Shown: piece by piece, positions 18,633 through 27,877 of the stretch | Numbering within the stretch: the first letter of the stretch is position 1 | Layout: each line of letters begins with the position of its first letter | Position numbers and translations under genes: made by a program | Notes under the pieces: model-generated | What the model was told of the DNA's origin: nothing | What the model saw: the letters and a program-made list of their open reading frames with translations, nothing else | Database searches by the model: none | IMG/VR virus record: IMGVR_UViG_3300022752_000028 | DNA length: 64,000 bases | Source of the DNA: an uncultured virus (IMG/VR IMGVR_UViG_3300022752_000028) | Taxonomy: Duplodnaviria > Heunggongvirae > Uroviricota > Caudoviricetes | Reading direction: 5' to 3' (one strand)

Positions 18633-19181
18633 ATGTCAACAAAGAAGTATCCTGTAACGTGCGTTGACTGCGGCGAAGTTAGGTTAGTCGGCCGCCCAGG
18701 CAGGAACAGCAGATGTAGAAGATGTGCAACAACATTATCAGGCGCATCACAGTGTGTCAAGCTCAAGAGAAGCGAATCACAGCGTCTGGCAATGGCCAGA
18801 CCAACAACGAAAGAGATTCATAGCCAGAAAGCACGTGAGAATGCTCTAAGACAGAGTAACAGTGATGAATTCAGAATTAAGATATCACTGTCGCAAGGCG
18901 GAGATGGTGATCTTAGTCGAATGAATCGACGCTGTGATCGAGAAGATAAGCTGTGGAGAAAGCAGGTCAAAGAACGTGACAACCACATGTGTCAAATTTG
19001 TGGCACGAATGAAGATCTACATGCACATCACATCAAGCCCAAATCATCTTTCCCTGAGTTGAGACATACTCTGTCGAACGGGATAGCACTGTGTCAAACA
19101 TGTCATCTGGAGGAGCATAGAGTCATGAAGAACAATAGCGGCATCACCCGTGCGGGTCTCGTGACCCTCCTGGAGGGGTGA
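18633..19181 (+). CDS. HNH endonuclease with N-terminal zinc finger
   Basis: CVDC..CRRC; RDNHMCQICG..LHAHHIKP..NGIALCQTCH; lower GC. Confidence 0.9.
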   Translation: MSTKKYPVTCVDCGEVRLVGRPGRNSRCRRCATTLSGASQCVKLKRSESQRLAMARPTTKEIHSQKARENALRQSNSDEFRIKISLSQGGDGDLSRMNRRCDREDKLWRKQVKERDNHMCQICGTNEDLHAHHIKPKSSFPELRHTLSNGIALCQTCHLEEHRVMKNNSGITRAGLVTLLEG

Positions 19182-19453
19182 TGGACGAGAAGCATCTCCG
19201 GCTCGCCCTCTACGGGGCGAGCCTGGTTCTCCTTCAGGCCCTGATCGTCGGGCTCCTCGTCGACAGCCGTGCTCGGGCGCGTGAGGAGCGACAGCACGAG
19301 GCTGACCAGGCGTCGCTCAACATGGAGCTGGACCAGATACAGAGCGACGTCGAGCAGCTCCAGCAGCGGGTCGACAAGCTGGACCAGCGGCTCACGCGAA
19401 TAGAGGAGCTGGTCGAGGAGCTGGTTGAGGAGCGTGACCCGCCCGCTCTCTGA
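19178..19453 (+). CDS. TM helix plus coiled-coil protein
   Basis: Hydrophobic N-terminus, heptad repeats. Confidence 0.7.
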   Translation: MMDEKHLRLALYGASLVLLQALIVGLLVDSRARAREERQHEADQASLNMELDQIQSDVEQLQQRVDKLDQRLTRIEELVEELVEERDPPAL

Positions 19454-19504
19454 CCCGTGCGGTCTCTCCGAGCTGTGGTATACTGGTCAGGCAAAGGAGG
19501 CAGA

Positions 19505-19762
19505 ATGACCAAGACCCTCAGCATCCACCTCGGCAGGGACATCTACTTCCAGATCGATGGCCAGTGGATCGATGCTCCCATCGACCTCGAGCAGTTCAAC
19601 GAGGACACGGGTGGGGACCCCATGAAGTTCTACGGGGCCATCCTCGAATGGGCCCAGGCCAACGGAATCACCCACATCGAGGACCAGAACCTCTTTGAGA
19701 TGGGCTATGATGATGGGCCCATCACCCTCCAGGAATATGGGGACCTGATCAAGGACTTCTGA
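19505..19762 (+). CDS. hypothetical protein
   Basis: Element at 19454, AAGGAGG. Confidence 0.75.
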   Translation: MTKTLSIHLGRDIYFQIDGQWIDAPIDLEQFNEDTGGDPMKFYGAILEWAQANGITHIEDQNLFEMGYDDGPITLQEYGDLIKDF

Positions 19763-19814
19763 GTCCCGTGCGGGCAGTCTGACCTGTGGTATACTGATCT
19801 CACAAGGAGGACAG

Positions 19815-20258
19815 ATGGACTACGATCCCAACAACAGTGGTCACCGCACAGCCCTGGCCACTGACATCCGCGCCACCCTGACCGGCCTCGGCTTCACCCG
19901 AAAGGACCTCGGGGCTGGGACGCGTGAGGAGGTCTACTTCAGGGCCTCCACCCGCATCCGTGGGGTCGAGATGCGGATCTACACGTCCATCGTGGACGGC
20001 GAGGTCCGGGATGTGGGCGGCGATTCGATCAAGGTCTGTGCCGTCTACGGGATGAAGGACGGCACCACCCGTGGCCTGATGAAGGAGCGGCGGGTCTTCC
20101 GGACCGGACAGCTGGAGGAGATCGCCGGTCGGGTGAAGGACCGGATTCGCCTGGTGGCCGGGGACATCAACGGGGTTCAGATCTGCCGGTGTGGTGGCCC
20201 GATGGGCAAGTCCAAGGCGGGCAAGGTCTACTGCATGGACCTCTGCTGGAAGCGGTAA
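19815..20258 (+). CDS. hypothetical protein with C-terminal Cys cluster
   Basis: Element at 19765; CRCG..YCMDLC. Confidence 0.8.
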   Translation: MDYDPNNSGHRTALATDIRATLTGLGFTRKDLGAGTREEVYFRASTRIRGVEMRIYTSIVDGEVRDVGGDSIKVCAVYGMKDGTTRGLMKERRVFRTGQLEEIAGRVKDRIRLVAGDINGVQICRCGGPMGKSKAGKVYCMDLCWKR

Positions 20259-20310
20259 GACCCGTGCGGGCGATCCGAACCGTGGTATACTGACCCCACA
20301 AGGAGGCAAC

Positions 20311-20610
20311 ATGGCTCAGAAGACCTGGACCCGGACCGAGATCGAGACCCTCATCAACACCAACGACCGCGCTGTGGAGCGGGCCATGGTGGCGATCTGG
20401 GAGCGGCAGACCCGTGACGAGCAGGCCACCGAGACGACCCGCCACCACAACGGCATCGGGTTCTCGGGCTGGACCGCCAAGTCGGGCACCTACTTCGCCA
20501 ACTGGGTCCGCTCCGGTCGGTCGCTCTCGGGCAAGCACCTGGCGAAGGCCCGCAAGATCGCCCTCCACCACGCGGGGCAGCTCACGCGGATCGCGAACGG
20601 CGAGGGCTGA
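20311..20610 (+). CDS. hypothetical protein (RQTxDEQ..NGIGF type)
   Basis: Element at 20261, AAGGAGG. Confidence 0.8.
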   Translation: MAQKTWTRTEIETLINTNDRAVERAMVAIWERQTRDEQATETTRHHNGIGFSGWTAKSGTYFANWVRSGRSLSGKHLAKARKIALHHAGQLTRIANGEG

Positions 20611-20667
20611 TCGACCCGTGCAGGTGGTCTACACCGCGGTATACTGAACACAGGAAGGAGGCAAGCA

Positions 20668-20838
20668 ATGACCGTTCAAGACCTGATCTCCCTGCTCCAG
20701 GACTTCCCGCCCGAGCTCCCGGTCCGGTTCTCTGCCGACATGGGATGCATCGAGACGAGCACGCCTCTCATCACGTTCAGCGAGACGGGGGATGAGCGGG
20801 GGCCGGAGCACGTCGTCCTCATCGACCTCGACGGCTGA
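20668..20838 (+). CDS. small protein, family C
   Basis: MTVQDLISLLQDFPPELPV; AAGGAGG. Confidence 0.7.
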   Translation: MTVQDLISLLQDFPPELPVRFSADMGCIETSTPLITFSETGDERGPEHVVLIDLDG

Positions 20839-20891
20839 GACCCGTGCGGGTCGTCCCAACTGTGGTATACTAACAGAGCAAGGAGGACAGA

Positions 20892-21098
20892 ATGCCCACC
20901 CGACTCAATCTCAAGACCGAGACCCTCGACGCCTTCGTGAACAACTTCCCGGGCTGGACCCTCACCACCTGGAAGGTGGCCCGCTTCGGGTGGCACTTCG
21001 AGGTGACCGGTCCGAAGGGCACCTGGAACGGTGGCGGGTTCTACAACGAGCGGGAGGCGAAGAGCGCCGGCCTCCAGTCGATCTACCGCGCGTCGTGA
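20892..21098 (+). CDS. hypothetical protein
   Basis: Element at 20841, AAGGAGG. Confidence 0.75.
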   Translation: MPTRLNLKTETLDAFVNNFPGWTLTTWKVARFGWHFEVTGPKGTWNGGGFYNEREAKSAGLQSIYRAS

Positions 21099-21152
21099 CC
21101 CGTGCAACGCGTCCCATCCGTGTTATACTGATCCCACAAGGAAGGAGACAAC

Positions 21153-21443
21153 ATGGCCCAGCTCACCCGTGACCAGCTCGAGACCCAGCAGGAGAACATC
21201 CACAACGCCCTCGTCGCGGCGAAGCGGGCGATCCGGACCCAGTTCGAGGCGGGGCTCGTGGGCCAGACGGTCCTCATCCAGCGGACCCTCAAGGACCCGA
21301 TCTCGGGGGACAAGCACGACGTGGAGATCGAGGCCACGATCACGGGGCTCCGCTGGACCTACGAGGATGAGATGGAGCTCAAGGTCACCTACACCCACCC
21401 CTTCACGGGGGAGGAGATCCTCGCCACCGCCCCGATGTTCTGA
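21153..21443 (+). CDS. hypothetical protein
   Basis: Element at 21099, AAGGAG. Confidence 0.75.
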   Translation: MAQLTRDQLETQQENIHNALVAAKRAIRTQFEAGLVGQTVLIQRTLKDPISGDKHDVEIEATITGLRWTYEDEMELKVTYTHPFTGEEILATAPMF

Positions 21444-21714
21444 CCCGTGTGGGCGATCCGAACTGTGGTATACTGAGCAGGTAAGGAGGACAGATGAACA
21501 CCGAGCTTCGTAACCAGAGCACGCTCGACCTTCAGGAACTCGCGCAGGGGAAGGGGACGATCGCCCAGTGCGCGCGACGCATCCTCGAGGAGCGGGAGGC
21601 GGCGTCCCAGCGTCTGGCCCAGATCTGTCGTGAGGTCGCTCGAGAGCGTCGGGCCTGAGGCCCGTGCGGGTCGTCCCATCTGTGGTATACTAACAGCACA
21701 AGGAGGAGGTTCTC

Positions 21715-22038
21715 ATGGCACACTTCGACACGTCCCTGGTTCTCGAGGCGATCACCAACGAGGTCCTCGCCGACCACGAGACCAACCGCCAGATCATCGA
21801 GCTCATCGAGGACACCCGCGACACGGAGCGCGGGGCCGAGGGCGACCGCCAGCAGCTCGTCTGGGGGGTCCTCGAGCTGGCCCTCCGGCAGATGGCCAAG
21901 AGCCAGCACGGCCACGACCTCGTGGTGGGCTTGATCGACCAGCTCATGGAGGAGGCCCGCCAGGAGTCGCTCCAGCAGATCCGGTTCATGGCGATGGGGC
22001 TCACCCGCGAGGAGCTGGACGCCGGGTGTCCCATCTGA
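21715..22038 (+). CDS. hypothetical protein
   Basis: Element at 21661, AAGGAGG. Confidence 0.75.
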   Translation: MAHFDTSLVLEAITNEVLADHETNRQIIELIEDTRDTERGAEGDRQQLVWGVLELALRQMAKSQHGHDLVVGLIDQLMEEARQESLQQIRFMAMGLTREELDAGCPI

Positions 22039-22085
22039 CCCGTGTAGGTGGCCGGGATGGTGGTATACTGAACGCAGGAGGACAG

Positions 22086-22304
22086 ATGACCCAGCAAGAT
22101 CTCAACTTCACCCAGGACAACGCCAACCGCGAGATGGTGGCGATCTCGGTGGAGATGGACCGTCTCCTCGCGCGGATGGCGCAGCTCGGCCAGCACCAGC
22201 ACGCCTGGCGCCGGGGTGCGGCCACGAACTTCCTGTGGGAGGCCCACGAGCGTCTCAAGGACGCGCGGACCAACCTCGAGATGTCCTTGGGGCTCAATCG
22301 GTAG
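22086..22304 (+). CDS. hypothetical protein
   Basis: Element at 22039, AGGAGG. Confidence 0.7.
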   Translation: MTQQDLNFTQDNANREMVAISVEMDRLLARMAQLGQHQHAWRRGAATNFLWEAHERLKDARTNLEMSLGLNR

Positions 22305-22358
22305 GTCCCGTGCGTACCCTCCGACCTGTGGTATACTGAGACCAGGAGGTAAGGAACC

Positions 22359-22562
22359 ATGCGAACCTGTCAGATGTGTGGTGATGAGTTCAATCCCCGT
22401 GGTATGATTCGAGGAGCTCAGTGGGCGAACCGGTGTAACATGTGTCAGGAGGTCGACCACGAGGTCGAGACCATCCAGGCTCAGACCGAGCGAATCATCA
22501 ACGGTCAGGGAGCTGAACGAGCGAAGGCTGCCCTGGCTCGAATCCGGACCGGGAAGCTCTGA
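22359..22562 (+). CDS. small CxxC..CxxC protein
   Basis: CQMC..CNMC. Confidence 0.7.
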   Translation: MRTCQMCGDEFNPRGMIRGAQWANRCNMCQEVDHEVETIQAQTERIINGQGAERAKAALARIRTGKL

Positions 22563-22615
22563 GTTCCCGTGCGGGCAATCCGAACTGTGGTATGATATCC
22601 AAGCAAGGAGGAACC

Positions 22616-22918
22616 ATGAGCAACATCGACTTCACCCCCACCGCCTACACCGTCACCACCCCCGGCAGTGGTAAGCCCGGACGGTACGAGGGCGAGAACT
22701 GGAAGTACGCCATCGAGGGTGCCAAGAAGGAGTTCGCCCGGCTCACCGAGGCCTACCCCAACCTCGCCCGGTTCGTGGTCCCTGACCACTTCGTCCAGGA
22801 GTACTGCCGGGACTACGACCGGAACCTCTGGGGAGGAGGTCGTGGCTTCGGGGTCCACGGTGACCGTCCCTTCTTCGAGCTGGCTGAGAAGGGGCTGGCT
22901 GAGGCGAAGTTCAACTGA
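22616..22918 (+). CDS. hypothetical protein
   Basis: Element at 22566, AAGGAGG. Confidence 0.75.
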   Translation: MSNIDFTPTAYTVTTPGSGKPGRYEGENWKYAIEGAKKEFARLTEAYPNLARFVVPDHFVQEYCRDYDRNLWGGGRGFGVHGDRPFFELAEKGLAEAKFN

Positions 22919-22997
22919 GTTCCCGTGCGTGTTCTACCAACCGTGGTATAGTGGCGTTGTTACAACGACCACCATACTAACCAGGCAAGGAGGACAA

Positions 22998-23225
22998 ATG
23001 GACAAGAACCAGACGGTCAACGGACGGTACACGACCTTCAACCTCGGCTCGACCACCCTCACCCCTCGGCTTCAGGAGGCCCTTCAGGTCCTGGATCGAT
23101 CCTGCCGGTTTGGGTCCGGTGGGGAATGGGACATCGAGCGGATCCCGGGTGGCTGGTCCGCGACCCCCGATGGACCTTTCGATACGGTTTACTGGAATGG
23201 AAAGAAGGGGACCTGGAAGGAGTAA
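22998..23225 (+). CDS. paralog family B protein
   Basis: Similar to 13044. Confidence 0.78.
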   Translation: MDKNQTVNGRYTTFNLGSTTLTPRLQEALQVLDRSCRFGSGGEWDIERIPGGWSATPDGPFDTVYWNGKKGTWKE

Positions 23226-23277
23226 GTCCCGTGCGGATGGTCTGACCTGTGGTATACTGACCCAGCAAGGAGGAAAG

Positions 23278-23442
23278 ATGGAGACCAAGATGGACAAGGC
23301 TCTCGATACGATCTTCAACTGGGGACATGGCTTTGGCGGCCTCCTCTTCATGATGCTGGTGGCTGCCCCCATCCTCGGTGTCCTGATCGTGGGGTTCATC
23401 CAGGTGATGGTCCTCGGGTTCGAGGTGGTCGGTCTGGTCTGA
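23278..23442 (+). CDS. small membrane protein
   Basis: Long hydrophobic stretch; element at 23228. Confidence 0.7.
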   Translation: METKMDKALDTIFNWGHGFGGLLFMMLVAAPILGVLIVGFIQVMVLGFEVVGLV

Positions 23443-23501
23443 CCGACCCGTGCGATCGATCCGAACTGTGGTATACTAACCAGGCCAACCAAGGAGAACC
23501 A

Positions 23502-23660
23502 ATGATCGCTCTCATCCTCACCTTCATCACCCAGCTCAACATCACCTCCACCCCGGTCGCCCAGGTCGAGGTGGCCGAGGCTGAGGTCGAGGCGGTGTTC
23601 GTTCCGGCCGGTCACGAGGGGCCCATCGTTGCGGTCCCCTTCGATGAGGCGGCCTTCTAA
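23502..23660 (+). CDS. family D protein
   Basis: EVEAVFVPAGHEGPIVA. Confidence 0.7.
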   Translation: MIALILTFITQLNITSTPVAQVEVAEAEVEAVFVPAGHEGPIVAVPFDEAAF

Positions 23661-23886
23661 AGGTCCCGTGCGCAGCAATCCAACAGTGGTAGAATAACAA
23701 GGTAAGGAGGTCAAATGGTCAACTTCACTCTCATCGCTTCGGTCTTCTACATCGCGCTCGGTTCCGGCATCATGGGCTTCGCCCTGGGACACGCCCAGCT
23801 CGCCTGGCTCGAGGGGCAGGACAAGCTCTGATCCCGTGCGCAGCAATCTGACCGTGGTATACTAACTAAGCAAGGAGGAAGGAAAC

Positions 23887-24231
23887 ATGGCGAAGGACAT
23901 CAAGGTGACTGAGGTGGTGGTTGTGGACGGCAAGCCGGTGGTCCGTGGGACGGTCGGTGAGGTCCCCTTCGAGGCAGCCACCAAGCAGTGGGGCAGCAAG
24001 ATGCTCATGAATGTGGCCGCGGAGGGGCTGGATCGCGGCACGCGGATTGCCATCGGTCATGCGGCCAAGCGGGCAGTCAAGGCGGCCCAGATGGTCCTCC
24101 CGGAGGCGGTCCTCAAGCGGCCCCGGAAGGCGAAGGCCGAGGAGGCGGTGGTCGAGGCGGCTCCTGCGGTTGAGGCGGTTGAGGGTGGGGTTGAGCTGGA
24201 GAGCCTCGACGCGGCACTGGAGGCGGTGTGA
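23887..24231 (+). CDS. paralog family A protein (copy 3)
   Basis: QWGSKMLM..DRGTRIAIGHAAKRA..LPEAVLKRPRK. Confidence 0.88.
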   Translation: MAKDIKVTEVVVVDGKPVVRGTVGEVPFEAATKQWGSKMLMNVAAEGLDRGTRIAIGHAAKRAVKAAQMVLPEAVLKRPRKAKAEEAVVEAAPAVEAVEGGVELESLDAALEAV

Positions 24232-24376
24232 CCGACGACATCGATCCGAAGGACATGCAGACCGATGAGCAGCCCAGGGCCAGGGACCCGCCCGGTTGGT
24301 TCAGCAACTGGACCCTGCAGGACACGCTTCTTCTCGCACTTCTCTACGCGCTCCCCTTCATCATCAGAGGCTGCAC

Positions 24377-24577
24377 ATGACCCATCCCGCTGACCTCAAC
24401 CCCGACCTCGTCCAGGAGATCTACTGGCTCGCCGAGTTCCCGGACGCGGTGCTCGAGATCTCTCCCACTGACCTCTTCTCCCTTCAGGCCCGCCTCCAGG
24501 ACATGGATGATCCTGATCTGACCCCGCTGTACGACACGGTGACAGCCCTGACCTCGTCCCTGAAGCGCTTCCCGTAG
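24377..24577 (+). CDS. hypothetical protein
   Basis: GAGG RBS. Confidence 0.55.
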   Translation: MTHPADLNPDLVQEIYWLAEFPDAVLEISPTDLFSLQARLQDMDDPDLTPLYDTVTALTSSLKRFP

Positions 24578-24681
24578 AGACACGATGCACCGGTTGCTTC
24601 TGGATTGGTTTTTATGCGTGAGATGTGGTGTAACATGGTTTGCTCATTCTGGTTCAACCGGTAGCAACAGGGGAGGCTTCT

Positions 24682-25230
24682 GTGATTAATGGCGAGCTCC
24701 ACGAGGGGGATCTGGTCCGGGTCACTCAGGTGCACCGGTCCACTGCGGTGCGTCTCCCGAAGAAGGGCACAAAGAAGGGACCGGCGGCGCGGGCGAGAAG
24801 CGTCACACGGCGCTCCCCCGAGCTGGGCACCGAGATCCAGCAGTGGCTGGGCCTCGTCATCCGTGTGGGCATCGAGTCAGCCGTCGTCCGGCGTGCCGTG
24901 GTGGGGGAGACACCGGAGGAGTGGTCGATCCCGACCGGCAACTACTGGTCAGACAGCGTCGAGCACTTCAGCATGATGGAGCGCGTCGACCCGAAGACGC
25001 TGCTGCCCTACGTCTCAGCCAAGAACCCGACGGTGCGCAAGGGGGATCTCGTGGAGCTGATGGTGGACGACGAGTGGCGCAGCGGGGTCGTCACCAAGAC
25101 GCTGAGCCGTGAAGTCTGTCTCGTGCTCGTCGACGGCCAGTTGGCCCGGTGCCTGAAGTCGCGGCTCATGATCGTCTCCCGTGCGACCCGGACGAGAAGT
25201 GGTAAGATGACTGAGAAGGAGGAAGAATGA
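24682..25230 (+). CDS. hypothetical protein with two GDLV (KOW/SH3-like) units
   Basis: EGDLVRV and KGDLVEL; GGAGG, GTG start. Confidence 0.7.
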   Translation: MINGELHEGDLVRVTQVHRSTAVRLPKKGTKKGPAARARSVTRRSPELGTEIQQWLGLVIRVGIESAVVRRAVVGETPEEWSIPTGNYWSDSVEHFSMMERVDPKTLLPYVSAKNPTVRKGDLVELMVDDEWRSGVVTKTLSREVCLVLVDGQLARCLKSRLMIVSRATRTRSGKMTEKEEE

Positions 25231-25366
25231 ACCGACCCCGCCCCACTCTCTACGACCTCTACACCTACGCCTACCTGGTCATCCGTGAGCACCGGGAGAC
25301 GATCGCTGAGGTGACCACCCTCATCTTCGCCGCCATCGTCTTCATCCTGTTCCTCGTGGTGATCTG

Positions 25367-25687
25367 ATGCTCGTTCGACAGAGCACCCTCGACCCGACCG
25401 TGACGGTGATCGAGGTGGAGACGGGTGATGTGGGTCCGATGGTCGACCTCCTCGAGACGCGGGGTCACGGCTTCACGGTGCTGGGGATCGAGCAGCGGAT
25501 GGTGGTCGTCGACGGTCGGCTCCGTGCCCGTCTCAGTCGGCACCATCTGCTGGCCATCGAAGCACACGAGATCTCTCACATTCACTTCCCAGATGCAGAT
25601 GAGACAGAAACAGATCGAGCAGCAATCAGGCTCCTGACAGCCATGAAGCAGCCCATGGCTGCCCGTCTCCTTCGTGCGCGGCTCTGA
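25367..25687 (+). CDS. small HExxH metallopeptidase-like protein
   Basis: AHEISH..E. Confidence 0.6.
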   Translation: MLVRQSTLDPTVTVIEVETGDVGPMVDLLETRGHGFTVLGIEQRMVVVDGRLRARLSRHHLLAIEAHEISHIHFPDADETETDRAAIRLLTAMKQPMAARLLRARL

Positions 25688-25783
25688 GATAGTGGTATAC
25701 TAGAGAAGCAGGAGGTAACATGGCACTTCTCATCTTCATCGTGATCCTCTCCCCCGTCCTCATCACCATCGGCTGGATGTTCG

Positions 25784-26062
25784 ATGGAGAAGGGTAGCCT
25801 CGCCGCCATCTTGGGTGACACTGTGATCTACACCCGGCCGGTTGACATCAACGACCAGCGGGGAGCGATCCAGCACCATGCTGGCTTCGTCAGGAAGGGC
25901 GAACGCTGCCTGGTTCTCAGCGCGCGCGATGACTGGAAGGCGACGCGCGACCTGGGCTTAAGCGGCCCGTGGACGCAGATCCTCCTCCGTGGTAAGGTCG
26001 TCTGGGTGAAGCGCTACTACGTCGGACCTCTCGTGCAGACCGAAGACAGTGTGGTATACTGA
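25784..26062 (+). CDS. hypothetical protein (SH3-like)
   Basis: ORF reads into the element at 26030. Confidence 0.6.
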   Translation: MEKGSLAAILGDTVIYTRPVDINDQRGAIQHHAGFVRKGERCLVLSARDDWKATRDLGLSGPWTQILLRGKVVWVKRYYVGPLVQTEDSVVY

Positions 26063-26276
26063 TCTCAGGAAGGAGGAAAGATGCAAACGGACTTCGTCGC
26101 TCTGATCACGATCCACGGTGAGTTCCTCGGTGACGTCAGCCGGACCGAGCTCGAGGCCTACCTGGAGGCGAACGGTCTGAAGCTGGTCGACCACCAGTAC
26201 GGGGATGTCGCCGTGGTCATGTAGATCCCGTGTGGGTCTTCCCGTCTGTGGTATACTAACCAAGCAAGGAGGCACA

Positions 26277-26549
26277 ATGTTCAACTTCATCGACCGCAAC
26301 CTCTCTCTCATCTTCGGCGTGATCCTCTTCGCTCTCCCGGTCGGGGCGATCTGCATGGCGGCGTGCAGTGGGCCCTCGACCCCCGAGGAGAAGGTGGTCT
26401 ACGACGCGTCCTACACCGATCGGGCCAAGGAGGACATGGTCGTGCTCTCCCCCCGACCCGGGGTGGAGTGCTACATCCTTCGGGGTCGTCACAGCGTCGA
26501 GCCACGCGTCATGTCCTGTGTCGTCCTGCCCGTGACGACGGGCCAGTGA
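26277..26549 (+). CDS. putative membrane/lipoprotein
   Basis: Hydrophobic N-terminus, MAAC. Confidence 0.7.
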   Translation: MFNFIDRNLSLIFGVILFALPVGAICMAACSGPSTPEEKVVYDASYTDRAKEDMVVLSPRPGVECYILRGRHSVEPRVMSCVVLPVTTGQ

Positions 26550-26585
26550 CGCAGTAGAATAGACACAGGAACGGAGGAGACAACG

Positions 26586-26906
26586 ATGGACTGCATGAAC
26601 AAGAAGCCGACCCGACTCGACAACACGGTGGGGCTCATCCTCGGGTTGGTCCCCGTGGTGGGCTTCGCAGCCATGGTGGGCTGCACCGACAACCAGCGGA
26701 CGAAGGCCTTCGGCGGCACCATGACGGTGCAGATCCCCTGTGACCAGCAGGTGTTCGACGTCACCTGGAAGGGCGAGGACCTGTGGTACGCCACTCAGCC
26801 CGCACCCAGTGACTGGAAGCCGGCGCAGAAGCGCTTCACCGAGTACTCGTCCTACGGGATGATCCAGGGAGAGGTGGTCCTGAACGAGAGCCGGTGTGCC
26901 TCCTAA
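26586..26906 (+). CDS. putative phage lipoprotein
   Basis: VG-CT..FGGT..VTWK..LWY pattern. Confidence 0.75.
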   Translation: MDCMNKKPTRLDNTVGLILGLVPVVGFAAMVGCTDNQRTKAFGGTMTVQIPCDQQVFDVTWKGEDLWYATQPAPSDWKPAQKRFTEYSSYGMIQGEVVLNESRCAS

Positions 26907-27165
26907 AAGCGGTGGACCGCTGCGAATCAACCCGGGCGATCTCGTGACGGATCGATTCGGACACGGTGTCATCCTGGTGCAGAACCTGTACATGCCAGGA
27001 GCCCGCGACACACGTCTGAAAGTAGGTGATGTGGCGCTGGTGACCTGGGTGGGCCGCGTCAAGGAGGCCCTCAGCGGTGTGAATCGGGATGTCTGTGACG
27101 TCCTGTTCAAGGGTGAGGTGTGGCGGACGAACACGATCAGCCTGCGGGTGGTGAAGGATGATTGA
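26896..27165 (+). CDS. SH3-like protein, tandem paralog 1
   Basis: GDLVTDR..VLFKGExW..LRVV shared with the next ORF. Confidence 0.7.
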   Translation: MPPKSGGPLRINPGDLVTDRFGHGVILVQNLYMPGARDTRLKVGDVALVTWVGRVKEALSGVNRDVCDVLFKGEVWRTNTISLRVVKDD

Positions 27166-27394
27166 GTCTAGAGACATCAAGGTGGGTGACCTGGTGACAG
27201 ACAGGACAGGGACAGGGGCACAGATATTCCAGCACTTGTTCACTCCCCAGCTGCGTCATGTCCGGCTGCGCGAAGGTGAGGTGGGCCTGGTGACTGGGAT
27301 GAAGGGCGGACGTGCCCAAGTCCTGTTCAAGGGTGAGATGTGGCAAGCGAATCCATCACTGCTACGGGTGGTGAGCGATGGCGAGAGAGGTTAA
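27158..27394 (+). CDS. SH3-like protein, tandem paralog 2
   Basis: Same motif as 26896. Confidence 0.7.
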   Translation: MIESRDIKVGDLVTDRTGTGAQIFQHLFTPQLRHVRLREGEVGLVTGMKGGRAQVLFKGEMWQANPSLLRVVSDGERG

Positions 27395-27608
27395 GTTGGT
27401 TAAGTCAGGACAGCTGAGACAGTGGCGCATGAACGCGACGCCTCACGGAGAAGAGACACCCGTCTTCCTGGTGCTAGATCCCTACTCGATCCCCATCCCC
27501 GGATCAGACTGGGCCGACAACGGCTGGTACATCCTCATCGACGGGAAGCAGGAGTGGGTGTGGGAGGGCGACATCGAGGACGACAGCGACGTGCTGGAGG
27601 ACGCGTAG
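27378..27608 (+). CDS. hypothetical protein
   Basis: Packed ORF. Confidence 0.6.
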   Translation: MAREVKLVKSGQLRQWRMNATPHGEETPVFLVLDPYSIPIPGSDWADNGWYILIDGKQEWVWEGDIEDDSDVLEDA

Positions 27609-27679
27609 CAGAGAGAGGCCGCTGACAGCGCGTGCGACAGAGTTGGGCTGTGGTATGATGATAGCACACAGGAGGCAGC

Positions 27680-27877
27680 ATGCTCTGGATCATCACCCTC
27701 GAATCCACCAACTCTCACGGTCACCACACCAAGTCCTGGCTCCTCGACGGCGGGGATCAGGCCCTGGTCGTGGAGGCGGAGGACCGCCTCGAGGCGATCG
27801 CCAAGGCAAAGGCCCGGCTGGACCAGCACACGCTGGAGCACAACGAGGTGGTTGTCCACTGCGTGACCCGGATGTAG
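27680..27877 (+). CDS. hypothetical protein
   Basis: Degenerate element at 27629, AGGAGG. Confidence 0.7.
   Translation: MLWIITLESTNSHGHHTKSWLLDGGDQALVVEAEDRLEAIAKAKARLDQHTLEHNEVVVHCVTRM

Noticed and set aside
11982..24231. Classical integron with attC sites
   Set aside because: No palindromic RYYYAAC..GTTRRRY structure, no integrase in the window, and the units carry their own promoters.
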